Below are positions 8,641-20,223 of a DNA stretch of 37,985 nt, piece by piece. Made by a program: the position numbers and the translations under genes. Numbering within the stretch: position 1 is the first letter of the stretch; each line of letters starts with the position of its first letter. Under the pieces are notes generated by a model. The model did not search any database and had not been told where the DNA came from. It worked only from the letters and a program-made list of their open reading frames with translations. The stretch is from a bacterium (GTDB lineage: Bacteria > SZUA-182 > DTGQ01), in NCBI GenBank assembly GCA_040752695.1, contig JBFMGO010000047.1:1-37985 (forward strand), written 5' to 3'.

Positions 8641-11356
8641 CGGCGGCCGGGTATGGTGTCATTTTTGCAAGCTCCATTGCCCAGAGCGGGAACGATGAAA
8701 CAGCCACCAAAAGAATCAGGTCGAAAAGTCCAAGAGGCCTGGTTTTAAATATTACCTGAAGAAAAGGTATATAGATGGCTGCCATCTGCAAGAGGAACGA
8801 GAGAGCGGCTGCGATAAGAAGTTTTTTATTCGTGAACACTCCAATGGAAAACAGTGACGCAGTCATACTTCTGCAATTGAATGAATGAAAAAGCTGTGAG
8901 CAGGCCAATACCATGAAGGCAGCCGTTCTGGCCTGCTCCAGGGCTCCTTTTTCTATAAATAAAATGAAGCTGAAGGCAAGCAGACTGCAAATGGCGATAA
9001 AAGAGCCCTGAAAAAGCATCAATATACCCCGGCTCCTGGTTATGACGGATTCATGGGCAGGATGAGGGGGGCGCAGCATGATATTCGGATCAGCCGGATC
9101 TACGCCCAGAGCCAGAGCCGGCAGCCCGTCGGTCACCAGATTAATCCACAGGATATGGATCGGCAGCAAGGGAACGGGCATTCCTGCAAGAGAAGCGATG
9201 AGCATAACCAGTATCTCCCCTGCATTACAGGAAAGCAGGTAGTGTATAAATTTTTTTATGTTATCGTATATGCCCCTGCCCTCTTCAACCGCAGCCACAA
9301 TCGAAGCAAAATTATCGTCCGTAATGACCATGTCCGAGACCTCTTTGGTAACGTCCGTTCCGGTGATTCCCATGGCCACGCCGATGTCCGCCTCTTTAAG
9401 CGCCGGCGCATCATTCACTCCGTCACCGGTCATGGCTACAACCTCACCGCGCTTACGCCAGGCACGGACAACCCGTAATTTATGTTCCGGAGAAACTCGG
9501 GCGTAAACGGAAATTTTTTCCACATCCCGGTACAGCTCATCATCGCTCAAGGTATCGAGTTCATCGCCGGTCAGTGCGCGTGAATCTTCCTTAAAAAAGC
9601 CCAACTGCCGGGCAATGGCCGTGGCCGTGAGCTTATGGTCGCCAGTAATCATGACCGTTCTGATGCCGGCGGTGCCACACTTTTTAATCGCCTCTTTAGC
9701 CTCCTCCCTGGCCGGGTCAATCATAGCTACAAGCCCCAGGAACACCAGATCCTTCTCAACATCCCTGGCATTGTAATCCTTAAGGGGCGCATCGAAAACC
9801 CGGTAAGCCACAGCCAGAACCCTCATGGCCTGATCGGCCAGGTCGCTGTTTACCTGAAATATCCTCTTCCTGTCGCTCTCACTCAAGGTTTTTACCTGAC
9901 CACCGTTTTCCATCGCACGGCAGTTGTCTAACAGAACATCGGGAGCACCTTTCACAAAGGCAATGCACCGTCCGTCTTCACCTTTTCGCACGATGGTCAT
10001 TTTCTTGCGGTCCGAATCGAATGGAATCTCTTCAACCAGCGGGAATTTCTCTTCCAGATGATCCTTCAAAAGGCCCGCTTTAGCTGCGGCGCTCAGGAGA
10101 GCGCCTTCGGTCGGATCGCCAATTATCCGGTATATGCCATCTTCCGCCACTAATTGAGCGCCATTGCACAAGACGCAGCAGGATAAAGCCTTCTGCAGAT
10201 CCGGCTGTTGATCCGGTGGATCAAAAGCCCCACCCTGACCATCCGGTCCCCTCTCCCCGGCTGGCAGAAATTCCCCCTTTGGCTCATAGCCGACCCCGGT
10301 TACCCGAAAAAGAGTATCACCCGTAAAAACCGCCTGTACCGTCATTTCGTTTTTGGTAAGGGTGCCGGTTTTATCCGTGCAGATAACCGTCGCAGAACCA
10401 AGCGTCTCTACGGACGGGAGCTTTCTGATGAGGGCATGGCGCTTGACCATTCTCTGAACACCCAGGGCCAGGGCAATCGTTACCACTGCGGGGAGTCCCT
10501 CGGGTATAGCGGCAACAGCAAGGCTTACTGCCGTAAGAAACATGTCTATAACTTTTCCGCCGCGAAGGATGCCCAATAAAAACACGATACCTACAAGTCC
10601 GAAGCAAAGATAGACAATCCACTTGCCAAACTGCTCCAGTTTTTTTTGAAGCGGCGTCGATTCCCGCCCGATCGACTGAATCATTCCTGCAATTTTGCCA
10701 AGCTCGGTCTGCATGCCTGTTTCGGTAACTGCCGCCCTGGCTTTGCCGGACGAGACAGATGTTCCCATGTAGGTCATATTCACCCTGTCGGCCAGAGGTG
10801 TTGACTTTTCTTCAAGGGTCAGAGCCGTTTTCATGACAGGATTCGATTCTCCGGTCAGACTTGCCTCATGAGTGGCGAATCCTGGAGTTAACGAAACAAG
10901 ACGGCAGTCTGCGGGTATGTTATCACCGGCTTCTATCTCGATGAGATCGCCGGTAACCAGCTCTGAGGAGGGGCTCAGAATCTTTTTCCCGTCACGAATG
11001 ACTTTGGAAGTGGGGCTCGACAATTTTTTTAAGGCGGCCAGGGACTTTTCAGCCCGGTATTCCTGAATGAACCCTAAAAGTGCATTTAAAATAACGATAA
11101 CCACAATAGCCCAGGCATCGACCCATTCTCCCAAAAAGCCGGAAACGAACGCCGCACCGAGTAAAACCCAGATGATAAAGTCCCGAAACTGCTCAAGGAA
11201 TAACCGGAATGGACTGTGTCCTTTTTTCTCTTTTAACTGATTAGGACCGTATTTCTGTAACCTGAGCTCGGCCTCCTTTTGTGTAAGCCCCGAAGAGAGA
11301 TCCGTGGCCAGAAGTTTTTCTGTCTCACTGATGTCTAATTGCCACCATTGTTTCAT
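8618..11356 (-). CDS. Cation-transporting P-type ATPase, type IIA (Ca2+, SERCA/PMR1-like)
   Basis: TGES, PEGL, DKTGTLT, KGAP, MITGD, TGDGVND, INLVTDGLP motifs. Confidence 0.95.
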   Translation of the reverse strand: MKQWWQLDISETEKLLATDLSSGLTQKEAELRLQKYGPNQLKEKKGHSPFRLFLEQFRDFIIWVLLGAAFVSGFLGEWVDAWAIVVIVILNALLGFIQEYRAEKSLAALKKLSSPTSKVIRDGKKILSPSSELVTGDLIEIEAGDNIPADCRLVSLTPGFATHEASLTGESNPVMKTALTLEEKSTPLADRVNMTYMGTSVSSGKARAAVTETGMQTELGKIAGMIQSIGRESTPLQKKLEQFGKWIVYLCFGLVGIVFLLGILRGGKVIDMFLTAVSLAVAAIPEGLPAVVTIALALGVQRMVKRHALIRKLPSVETLGSATVICTDKTGTLTKNEMTVQAVFTGDTLFRVTGVGYEPKGEFLPAGERGPDGQGGAFDPPDQQPDLQKALSCCVLCNGAQLVAEDGIYRIIGDPTEGALLSAAAKAGLLKDHLEEKFPLVEEIPFDSDRKKMTIVRKGEDGRCIAFVKGAPDVLLDNCRAMENGGQVKTLSESDRKRIFQVNSDLADQAMRVLAVAYRVFDAPLKDYNARDVEKDLVFLGLVAMIDPAREEAKEAIKKCGTAGIRTVMITGDHKLTATAIARQLGFFKEDSRALTGDELDTLSDDELYRDVEKISVYARVSPEHKLRVVRAWRKRGEVVAMTGDGVNDAPALKEADIGVAMGITGTDVTKEVSDMVITDDNFASIVAAVEEGRGIYDNIKKFIHYLLSCNAGEILVMLIASLAGMPVPLLPIHILWINLVTDGLPALALGVDPADPNIMLRPPHPAHESVITRSRGILMLFQGSFIAICSLLAFSFILFIEKGALEQARTAAFMVLACSQLFHSFNCRSMTASLFSIGVFTNKKLLIAAALSFLLQMAAIYIPFLQVIFKTRPLGLFDLILLVAVSSFPLWAMELAKMTPYPAAATSGQKF

Positions 11357-11489
11357 GATGTGTTCTTTTTTCCTTTTTTTAAACGGGAATGGTTGGTAGT
11401 AATAATTAGTAGTAATAAGCAGTTGTATAACAGCAGTAGTATAGCAAATGGAACAGAATAATCAACAAAGATATTAAAAAGGATAATAA

Positions 11490-11530
11490 AAAAGGGTAAA
11501 CAAAAGCAGGCCGCTTTTGTTTACCCTTTT
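11490..11530 (-). terminator. Intrinsic terminator after secF
   Basis: Perfect 18-bp inverted repeat AAAAGGGTAAACAAAAGC-aggcc-GCTTTTGTTTACCCTTTT with T-rich flanks. Confidence 0.75.
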
Positions 11531-11575
11531 ATGCCTTTTTTATCTATCTATTGTTGGATTTTCCGGAAAGATTTT

Positions 11576-12601
11576 TCACGGTACCTTTTTGGTTGATTTC
11601 TGGGCCTTATTCATAGCTGCAATCTTGCTGGTAGTCGCTTTGGCCGCCTGGGCAGTCATCCTGCTGCCGCCGGCGCCCTCTGCTGCTGAAGGAGACCGCT
11701 GAGCTTTGCCCTTACCCATATCATGAATAAATAAAGCGACAGGACTGGCAATAAAAACGGTAGAATAGCTACCGGCAATGACACCGATAACCATGGCGAA
11801 GGCAAAATCATTGATTACCTGTCCGCCGAGTAAAAACAATGAAAGGCACACGAGGAATGTCGTAAAGGATGTTAAAAAGGTACGCCCCATGGTTTCATTA
11901 ATCGAAACATTAATGATGGAAGCCAGATTGTCGCCTCTTTTCAGGCGGACATTTTCACGGACCCGGTCATAAATGACGATCGTGTCGTTGATGGAATATC
12001 CAATGATAGTCAAAACGGCAGCCAGAACCGTAAGGTTAAACTCTCTATTGGTCAGAGAGATGGCTCCTATCGTGATCAGGGTATCATGGGCCAGGGCTAA
12101 AATGCCGCCTACGGAAAAAGAGAAATCGAACCGCCACCAGGCATAGACTAAAATACCGATCAAAGAGAAAATAATGGCCCATAGTCCCTGCTGACGCAGA
12201 TCCTTTCCTACTTTTGGCCCAACCATTTCCACCCTGCGGATTTCAAATCCCTGTTCCGTAAAATGATTGACCAGAGCTTTCCTGATACTCTCGCCTATAC
12301 CTTCCAGAGAGCCGGTCGACTTTTGCATACTGATTAAAACTTCGTTTTCACTTTTCGGCCCATACTGCTGAATCGTACTGTCCCCCAGTTGAATCTCCTG
12401 GAGAGCCTGGCGGATTTTGGCTAAATCAGCCGTCTGCTGGAATTTTACCTGAACAATGGTGCCGCCGGCAAAATCGACTCCAAACCGGGGCCCCCTGACA
12501 ACCAGAGAGATTATCCCGGCAGCAATGAAGAGAGCTGAGCACAAAAGTGCCCATTTCTTGTACGCTAAAAAATCAATGTTAATATCTTTAAAAAATCTCA
12601 T
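11576..12601 (-). CDS. secF: Protein translocase subunit SecF
   Basis: GVDFAGG, VGPKVG, GYSINDTIVIYDRVRE motifs; follows secD. Confidence 0.97.
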   Translation of the reverse strand: MRFFKDINIDFLAYKKWALLCSALFIAAGIISLVVRGPRFGVDFAGGTIVQVKFQQTADLAKIRQALQEIQLGDSTIQQYGPKSENEVLISMQKSTGSLEGIGESIRKALVNHFTEQGFEIRRVEMVGPKVGKDLRQQGLWAIIFSLIGILVYAWWRFDFSFSVGGILALAHDTLITIGAISLTNREFNLTVLAAVLTIIGYSINDTIVIYDRVRENVRLKRGDNLASIINVSINETMGRTFLTSFTTFLVCLSLFLLGGQVINDFAFAMVIGVIAGSYSTVFIASPVALFIHDMGKGKAQRSPSAAEGAGGSRMTAQAAKATTSKIAAMNKAQKSTKKVP

Positions 12602-12625
12602 CCCTAATCCTCCGCTTAAGGCAAG

Positions 12626-14221
12626 TTAAATGCTCAGTTTCGTAATTCTTCCCTTTGACAGGAACCAATCGTAGACGAAGTGGGTCACCACGATAGCGGC
12701 AAATATACTGCCACATAAGCCTATACTCAGAGTCACGGCAAACCCCTTGACCGGCCCGGTACCAAAAATATAGAGAATCAAGGCAGCGATCAGGGTAGTC
12801 ATCGTGGAATCGATAATTGCGGTGAAGGCTTTATCAAATCCTGCCGAGACAGCGGCTCCTGCTGTTTTTCCAAGGTCAAGCTCTTCACGTATCCTTTCAA
12901 AGACAAGTACGTTATTATCCACGGCCATACCAACCGTCAAGATAATTCCGGCGATACCAGGCAAGGTAAGTGTAGCCCTGAAGGCTGCCATGAAGGCCAT
13001 AACGATCAGAAGATTTAAAATCATGGTCATATCCGCTATCAACCCGGATAATTTGTAATACATGATCATGAATATAAGGACAAAGACCGTTCCCACGATA
13101 AAGGAGATGAAGCCCATGCGAATGGAATCGTTTCCTAAAGAGGGACCAACGGTTCTCTGCTCCAGGATCTCTACCGGAGCCGGCAGTGCACCAGCCCGCA
13201 GAACGATGGCCAGATCCCTGGCCTCTTCATCCGTGAAGTTGCCGGTGATCTGAGCCCTTCCTCCGGAAATCCTCTCCCTGATTACGGGTGCCGAATAAAG
13301 GTTGTCGTCGAGAATAATGGCCAGTCTTTTTCCCACATTTTCCGCGGTAATCTGATCGAACAGCCTGGCCCCGGTTTTATTGAAATTCATGCTGACATAC
13401 GGCATGCCATATTCACCCGGCTGAACTCTGGCGTCTGTCAAAAGATCTCCTGTCATCAAGGCACCTTTTTTGAGCAGATAGGGTTTTTTCACTATCTGAC
13501 CGGTAACCTTATCGCGGGACCTCTCATACATAACCTGGCTTCCTTCGGGAACTTCACCCTGCAGGGCCCTGTCCACGCTGTGTTCATCATCCACCAGCAT
13601 GAATTCCAGTTGAGCCGTCTTCCCGATCAGGTCAATGGCTCTTTGGGTATCTTTCACACCCGGCAGTTGGATAAGGATACGGTCATCTCCCTGTTTGGCC
13701 ACTGTCGGCTCGGTAACGCCGAACTGATCAATTCGATCGGTGATAGTCTTCTGAGCCTGGGCGAGAGCCGATTCCTGGATTCTCTGGACTTCGGCCTGAT
13801 GAAGGGTTAACAAATATCTTGTCTCCGATCCCTCGTAAGGATGAGATATCGAAAAGTTATAATAATCCCTCAAAACTTCATCCATCTGGGTCGTAAAATC
13901 AGCCTTGACCAAATTCAATTCTATGGACCTTTGATCAATGCGTTTAATATCGTCGTAGACGATGCCTTTTTTGCGAACCTCATCTTTCAGAGCACTGACC
14001 GTTCCTTCAAGAGCGTTTTCAACGGCCTTTTCCAGCTTTACGCCCAGAACCAGATGCATACCTCCCTGCAGGTCAAGCCCCAGATGAACCTTATCCGTCG
14101 GCAGAGGTTTCTTCCACCAGTACGGGAGCTTTGACCCGAATATTGAAGGGATCACATATATTATTGATAAAATGCTCACAATAGCAATAAGCCAAAATCT
14201 CCACCTCAGGTTACTTTTCAC
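12626..14221 (-). CDS. secD: Protein translocase subunit SecD
   Basis: LGLDLQGG, RIDQFGVTEP, GALPAP, VGPSLG, GMAVDNNVLVFERIREE. Confidence 0.97.
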   Translation of the reverse strand: MKSNLRWRFWLIAIVSILSIIYVIPSIFGSKLPYWWKKPLPTDKVHLGLDLQGGMHLVLGVKLEKAVENALEGTVSALKDEVRKKGIVYDDIKRIDQRSIELNLVKADFTTQMDEVLRDYYNFSISHPYEGSETRYLLTLHQAEVQRIQESALAQAQKTITDRIDQFGVTEPTVAKQGDDRILIQLPGVKDTQRAIDLIGKTAQLEFMLVDDEHSVDRALQGEVPEGSQVMYERSRDKVTGQIVKKPYLLKKGALMTGDLLTDARVQPGEYGMPYVSMNFNKTGARLFDQITAENVGKRLAIILDDNLYSAPVIRERISGGRAQITGNFTDEEARDLAIVLRAGALPAPVEILEQRTVGPSLGNDSIRMGFISFIVGTVFVLIFMIMYYKLSGLIADMTMILNLLIVMAFMAAFRATLTLPGIAGIILTVGMAVDNNVLVFERIREELDLGKTAGAAVSAGFDKAFTAIIDSTMTTLIAALILYIFGTGPVKGFAVTLSIGLCGSIFAAIVVTHFVYDWFLSKGRITKLSI

Positions 14222-14327
14222 CTTTCCTCCTCCTTGCCTTAATTATTTTCGAAGATTAATAGCTAAACATTGTGGAGGGCTTCTTATGAATTTGTCATAA
14301 AATCAATGCGTGCGGTCAGCATCCGCA

Positions 14328-14996
14328 TTAGGCCAGCTTATTCTCATTGATAATCAGTTCAAACTCACAAGCAAGCACTTTAGCTGCCTTTCGACAAATG
14401 ATCATCCTTGATAAAAAAATTTCGAAATACTCCATTACCTGCGAGATCTCTGTGTTAATTTTAATCATCAGCGAAATAGTCCGGTTCTCCTTCGATATTT
14501 GCAGACTGGATTTTTCGGCTGCATAATTTACCCTGTCATGAATATCAAAGTTGATGAACCGCGTGGTCCTGACACGGGATCGATGAACGTCAGATTTATC
14601 TGCCAGGATGAGTGCGGCGGCAATTTCGCTTGTTGGCTGTCCAAATTCCTCCTCGTGGTTCCCAATAGCTTCCATAATCCCGACAATCTCCATACACGGC
14701 ATTCCCATTTCCGACAGAATGGTATGAGAAATAATCGCTCCGGACTGGCCATGGTTTACCCGGCCACACACATTTCCAATATCATGCAAAAATCCAGCCA
14801 CACCTGCCAGCCGGACCTGGTCCTGTGGATAGCCTAAAGAACGCAGCACCTTTTCACCGAAATTGGCTGTTATGGTTGCATGCCGCAAGCCATGCTCCGT
14901 ATAGCCGATTCCTTCGAGGTGCTTGTCGGCCCGATCAAGGTAAATTTGAATCTTGGGGTTATCTTTTAACGCCTTAACGTCAATGACTGGCTGCAA
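14328..14996 (-). CDS. HD-domain metal-dependent phosphohydrolase
   Basis: GYTEHG..H...LHDIGN...H...GNHEE...LADKSD metal-binding pattern; TTG start. Confidence 0.88.
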   Translation of the reverse strand: MQPVIDVKALKDNPKIQIYLDRADKHLEGIGYTEHGLRHATITANFGEKVLRSLGYPQDQVRLAGVAGFLHDIGNVCGRVNHGQSGAIISHTILSEMGMPCMEIVGIMEAIGNHEEEFGQPTSEIAAALILADKSDVHRSRVRTTRFINFDIHDRVNYAAEKSSLQISKENRTISLMIKINTEISQVMEYFEIFLSRMIICRKAAKVLACEFELIINENKLA

Positions 14997-15011
14997 GCAA
15001 AGACCTCTGTT

Positions 15012-15338
15012 CTAATTTCCCTCTTCCCGTTTTCCTGCAATAGAACTTTTCGCTATGTCAATCTTGACCTTATCCGCAATCTGCAGGCTCACGATCTCAT
15101 CGGTGATTGCAAGAATCACGCCGTAGATCCCGCCTGTCGTAATGACCTTATCCCCTTTTTTCAGACTCGCCCGCATGTCCATCATTTTTTTCTGCTGCTT
15201 CTGTTGTGGACGAATTAAAAGGAAATAGAAGATGACAAAAATAAGGATCAAAACGATCAATGAGGCACCAAAGCCTCCACCCTGCGGCTGACCTTGTGTG
15301 GTGTTAGCAGCCATGGCCAACAAACCCATGCTCAGCAT
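15012..15338 (-). CDS. yajC: Preprotein translocase subunit YajC
   Basis: FYFLLIRPQQK, LKKGDKVITTGGIYG. Confidence 0.96.
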   Translation of the reverse strand: MLSMGLLAMAANTTQGQPQGGGFGASLIVLILIFVIFYFLLIRPQQKQQKKMMDMRASLKKGDKVITTGGIYGVILAITDEIVSLQIADKVKIDIAKSSIAGKREEGN

Positions 15339-15364
15339 AAGAAGCTCCTTTTCACTTTTCCTGG

Positions 15365-16516
<1,152 letters not shown>

Positions 16517-16543
16517 CTATAGACTATTATATTTATTGAATGA

Positions 16544-16572
16544 ATTTTACTAGTAACCTTCTCCGTTGTCAA
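16544..16572 (-). promoter_or_regulatory. sigma70 promoter of tgt-yajC-HD-secDF
   Basis: Minus strand TTGACA-N17-TAAAAT. Confidence 0.7.
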
Positions 16573-16609
16573 CATGAATGCTCTCTTGTGTGTCGACATG
16601 AATGCTCTC
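16567..16609. repeat. 19-bp direct repeat x2, period 24
   Basis: TGTCAACATGAATGCTCTC and TGTCGACATGAATGCTCTC. Confidence 0.85.
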
Positions 16610-16784
16610 AAGAACCCCTGGAACCCAAGGGGAAAAGGCTCTTCTCGCTTATGTTCGACCTCACGCTGCGGCCGAACACAAAAAAGGATCGAGACGTATC
16701 GAGAGGTAAGAAGGCAGCATTATAAGAGAAAGTAAGGGAGGGGATTGTAATCAAAAGATAAAAGGGAAAAATTCTCCCGGTAGT

Positions 16785-17342
16785 TTAAACCTCCATAATC
16801 TCCTTCTCTTTCGCAAGAGAGGATTCTCCGATTTTTTCTATGTAATGATCAGTAATTTTCTGGACATCCTTCAGGGCATTATGGTGCTCATCCTCGGTAA
16901 TCTCTTTGGACTTTTCCATTTCTTTGAGCTTTTCATTGGCCTCACGACGAATATTGCGAATAGAGACTTTCGCATCTTCGGAGATGTTCCGAAGGCTCTT
17001 GGCGAGTTGTTTCCGCCGCTCTTCGGTGAGCGTGGGTATGTTCAATCTGATAACCTTGCCGTCATTGGTCGGATGAACCCCAAGGTCGGATTTTAAAATG
17101 GCTTTCTCAATCTGATTAAGAACCGTGATATCCCAGGGCTGGATTACCAGGGTTCGGGCTTCCGGCGTGGATATTGAAGCCATCTGGTTAATGAGAGTAG
17201 GGGTCCCGTAATAGTCAACCTTGATTCCATCCAGTAAGGCAGCCGAGGCCCTGCCTGTGCGAATCTGAGTGAATTCTTTGCGCAAACTATCAAGACGCTG
17301 GTCCATTTTTTTTTCAATCTCGTCATATAGCGGTAGCCGCAT
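16785..17342 (-). CDS. frr: Ribosome recycling factor
   Basis: IRTGRAS, V.YYG, LTEERRK, IRNIRR; follows pyrH. Confidence 0.97.
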   Translation of the reverse strand: MRLPLYDEIEKKMDQRLDSLRKEFTQIRTGRASAALLDGIKVDYYGTPTLINQMASISTPEARTLVIQPWDITVLNQIEKAILKSDLGVHPTNDGKVIRLNIPTLTEERRKQLAKSLRNISEDAKVSIRNIRREANEKLKEMEKSKEITEDEHHNALKDVQKITDHYIEKIGESSLAKEKEIMEV

Positions 17343-17344
17343 AC

Positions 17345-18067
17345 TTAATCTCCTCTGACAATCGAGCCGATTTTTTCTCCTAAAACAATCCTTCGAATAT
17401 TCCCCTTTTCCTTAAAGTTAAACACAATAATAGGCAAGTGGTTATCCATGCAGAGCGAAATGGCGGTATTGTCCATGACACAAAGCTGCTTCTTCAATAC
17501 TTCCATGTAGGACAACTCTTCATATTTGGTAGCATCTTTATCTTTTAAAGGGTCAGAACTATACACGCCATCCACTTTGGTAGCCTTGAGGATGACTTCC
17601 GCACCGATTTCTATGGCCCGTAAAGCGGCAGCAGTGTCAGTAGTAAAGTACGGGTTTCCCGTCCCTCCGGCCAGAATGACAACCCGCCCCTTCTCCAGGT
17701 GGCGGATGGCCCTGCGTCGGATATAGGGTTCTGCCAACTGGTGCATCTCGATGGCAGTTAATACCCTGGTGTATACACCCAGTCTTTCCAGAGCTCCCTG
17801 TAAGGCCAGCCCATTGATGACCGTTGCCAGCATTCCCATGTAATCTGCCGAAGTCTTCTCAACGCATTCCACATCTCCCGAAGAGCCCCGGTAGATGTTA
17901 CCTCCACCGATCACCATCGCAATCTCTATGCCCAGGTCCCGTATGCCTTTGACCTCTTCCGCTATTTCGGTCACTGTTTTGTTATCGATTCCATAGGCTC
18001 TGTCACCTTTTAAGGCCTCTCCTGAGAGTTTCAGCAAGATTCTTCGAAAGCGCCTTCTGTCCATCAA
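17345..18067 (-). CDS. pyrH: UMP kinase
   Basis: [37 protein letters not shown]. The start may be ATG 18064. Confidence 0.97.
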   Translation of the reverse strand: MMDRRRFRRILLKLSGEALKGDRAYGIDNKTVTEIAEEVKGIRDLGIEIAMVIGGGNIYRGSSGDVECVEKTSADYMGMLATVINGLALQGALERLGVYTRVLTAIEMHQLAEPYIRRRAIRHLEKGRVVILAGGTGNPYFTTDTAAALRAIEIGAEVILKATKVDGVYSSDPLKDKDATKYEELSYMEVLKKQLCVMDNTAISLCMDNHLPIIVFNFKEKGNIRRIVLGEKIGSIVRGD

Positions 18068-18081
18068 TTCATCACCATATC

Positions 18082-18187
18082 CTTGAACCTTGATTCTTGA
18101 ATTCTGTTCTGAATCCTTTCCTGAACGCTGTTCTGAACCCTGTTCTGAATCCTGGTAAAGGTTCTGCTTTGAATCCTCCTCAGAATT
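18082..18187. repeat. Degenerate ~12-bp tandem repeat (TGTTCTGAAYCC-like) between tsf and pyrH
   Basis: tgttctgaatcc tttcctgaacgc tgttctgaaccc tgttctgaatcc plus decayed flanking copies. Confidence 0.75.
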
Positions 18188-18793
18188 CTACTCACTTTGC
18201 TCTCCAAGCTCATAGCGGGCAAACCGGGAAACGACGATATTTTCGCCGAGCTGAGCGATTTTTTCCGTAATAAGGCTTTTCACCGTTTTGGAATCGTCTT
18301 TAATGAAGGGCTGATCCAGCAGGCACACCTTTGAGTAAAACCCTTTATCAATTTTCCCTTCGATAATCTTCTGAAGCATTTCCTCAGGCTTTTTGACATC
18401 CCCCATCTGTGCTTTGATAATTTCTTTTTCTTTCTCTACACACTCAGCGGGTACATCTTCTCTGGATACATAGAGTGGTTTGGAGGCTGCAATCTGCATC
18501 GCAATGTCCTTGGAGAGCTCCATGAAAGCCTCCGTCCTGGCCACGAAGTCCGTCTCGCAATTGACTTCCACTAACACCCCGATTCTCCCCGCGCCGTGGA
18601 TATACGAGGTAACCGCTCCCTGGGTGGCTGCCCGTCCTGCCTTCTTGGCTGCCGTGGCCAGACCTTTTTTCCGCAAATGTTCGACGGCTTTTTCCATATC
18701 GCCGCCCGTTTCTTCCAGGGCTTGCTTGCAGTCCATAAAACCAATTCCGGTCTTGGTCCGCAATTCCTTTACCTGTTGAGCCGAAATAGCCAT
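18188..18793 (-). CDS. tsf: Elongation factor Ts (short form, 201 aa)
   Basis: [25 protein letters not shown]. Confidence 0.97.
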   Translation of the reverse strand: MAISAQQVKELRTKTGIGFMDCKQALEETGGDMEKAVEHLRKKGLATAAKKAGRAATQGAVTSYIHGAGRIGVLVEVNCETDFVARTEAFMELSKDIAMQIAASKPLYVSREDVPAECVEKEKEIIKAQMGDVKKPEEMLQKIIEGKIDKGFYSKVCLLDQPFIKDDSKTVKSLITEKIAQLGENIVVSRFARYELGEQSE

Positions 18794-18879
18794 TCAATCC
18801 TCCCTCTTTTTTTCATCTTACATAAAAATATTGTTCAGCGGCAGCACTCGCTTACTCTTCAAATGATTGCACCACCATG

Positions 18880-19656
18880 CTATTGAGCGGCAGCACTCGC
18901 TTCCTCTTCATTTTCATCCTGATCCATTCGCTCATCCTGCTCTTTCCGCGCAGCCACTTCAGCATTGGCCATAAACTCGGCCCGGCCCTCGATAACAGCA
19001 TCGGCAATTTTGCTGGTAATCAATTTGATCGACCGAATTGCATCGTCATTACCAGGAATTACAAAATCAATCCCTTCAGGGTCGCAATTGGTATCTACAA
19101 TGGAAATAACAGGAATTTCCAGCTTGTTGGCCTCGCTCACAGCAATTCTCTCCCGTTTTGGATCAACGACGAACACTGCACCAGGCAATTTGTCCATATC
19201 CCGGATTCCGTCCAGGACCTTTTTCATCTTCTCCCATTGCTTTTCCAGTCTCAGAACTTCCTTTTTGGGCAGAGAATCAAAAATCCCGTTCGTTTTCATC
19301 TCTTCCAGCTTTTTCATGCGCTCGATGCTTTTGCGAATCGTCTCAAAATTGGTAAGCATACCGCCGAGCCACCGGTGCCGGACATAAAACATTTCACACC
19401 GTTGACTCTCCTCAAAAATGGAATCCTGAGCCTGCTTCTTCGTACCAACAAAAAGGACAGTCTCCCCCTGAGCAACCACGGAGCGCGTAAATTGATACGC
19501 ATCCTTGAACTTACGCAAAGTCTTTTGGAGATCGATAATGTAAATCCCATTCCTCTCTCCAAAAATGTACTTCTTCATCCGCGGATTCCATCTTTTTGAC
19601 TGGTGACCAAAGTGGACACCTGCTTCCAGAAGTTGTTTCATCGATACTTTCAGCAA
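18880..19656 (-). CDS. rpsB: 30S ribosomal protein S2
   Basis: [36 protein letters not shown] is best placed for a TTG start at 19656. Confidence 0.97.
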   Translation of the reverse strand: MLKVSMKQLLEAGVHFGHQSKRWNPRMKKYIFGERNGIYIIDLQKTLRKFKDAYQFTRSVVAQGETVLFVGTKKQAQDSIFEESQRCEMFYVRHRWLGGMLTNFETIRKSIERMKKLEEMKTNGIFDSLPKKEVLRLEKQWEKMKKVLDGIRDMDKLPGAVFVVDPKRERIAVSEANKLEIPVISIVDTNCDPEGIDFVIPGNDDAIRSIKLITSKIADAVIEGRAEFMANAEVAARKEQDERMDQDENEEEASAAAQ

Positions 19657-19755
19657 ATACGTCACCTCCCTTGATTAAAGGTTAATGTTCCCCCGCTCTT
19701 GACAAGGCGTGAGCAGGGCGTTAATAGCGTACTAATAGAGATATAGCGACTATAA

Positions 19756-19784
19756 AATATAGCATATCAGCAGGACTTCTGCAA
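19756..19784 (-). promoter_or_regulatory. sigma70 promoter of rpsB-tsf-pyrH-frr
   Basis: TTGCAG-N17-TATATT with a TG extended -10. Confidence 0.55.
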
Positions 19785-19974
19785 GGATTATTCAAGGATT
19801 ATTAAGGATTATTACTGAAATTTCAGATGCTCCCCCAAAAGGACAATAGTATAGAGGAACAATACCATCACGGCGCAGAACAATGCTATTGCGTTAAGAG
19901 ATCGATTCAGGTGGGGCTTTTGCTCAGTACACTGCACATGAAATGCACGGTCAGGATAGCACAATGGATTTTCA

Positions 19975-20024
19975 ATCCGGCTGGAAGACGGCACCACTGC
20001 GGTGATGCCGTCTTCCAGCCGGAT
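19975..20024. repeat. Long GC-rich inverted repeat
   Basis: ATCCGGCTGGAAGACGGCA ... TGCCGTCTTCCAGCCGGAT, 19 bp perfect; 23-bp stem with 4-nt loop on the minus strand. Confidence 0.9.
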
Positions 20025-20223
20025 CTTTAAAGAAAAAACTACCAGGCTCGCTGGTCGGGCCATAATCCGCGACCAGTACTTTAGAGCTATCAGAAAATAC
20101 CTCCTCCCCTTCTTTTGAGGGGGATGAGGAAATTTTTGGCAGGGAATCCTATTTTGGGATAACCTCATCACAACCATGCACAAAATCTCTTCTTCAGGTT
20201 ACAAGTGACTGCCGGATATAGTA

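Noticed and set aside
18877..19599. 240-aa ORF antisense to rpsB, and similar antisense ORFs over other housekeeping genes
   Set aside because: Fully overlap well-supported genes on the other strand and show no recognisable motifs.
19812..20183. 123-aa ORF with a C-terminal hydrophobic stretch
   Set aside because: No convincing SD or start, and it runs through two strong hairpins. A short membrane peptide at its 3' end cannot be excluded but is unsupported.
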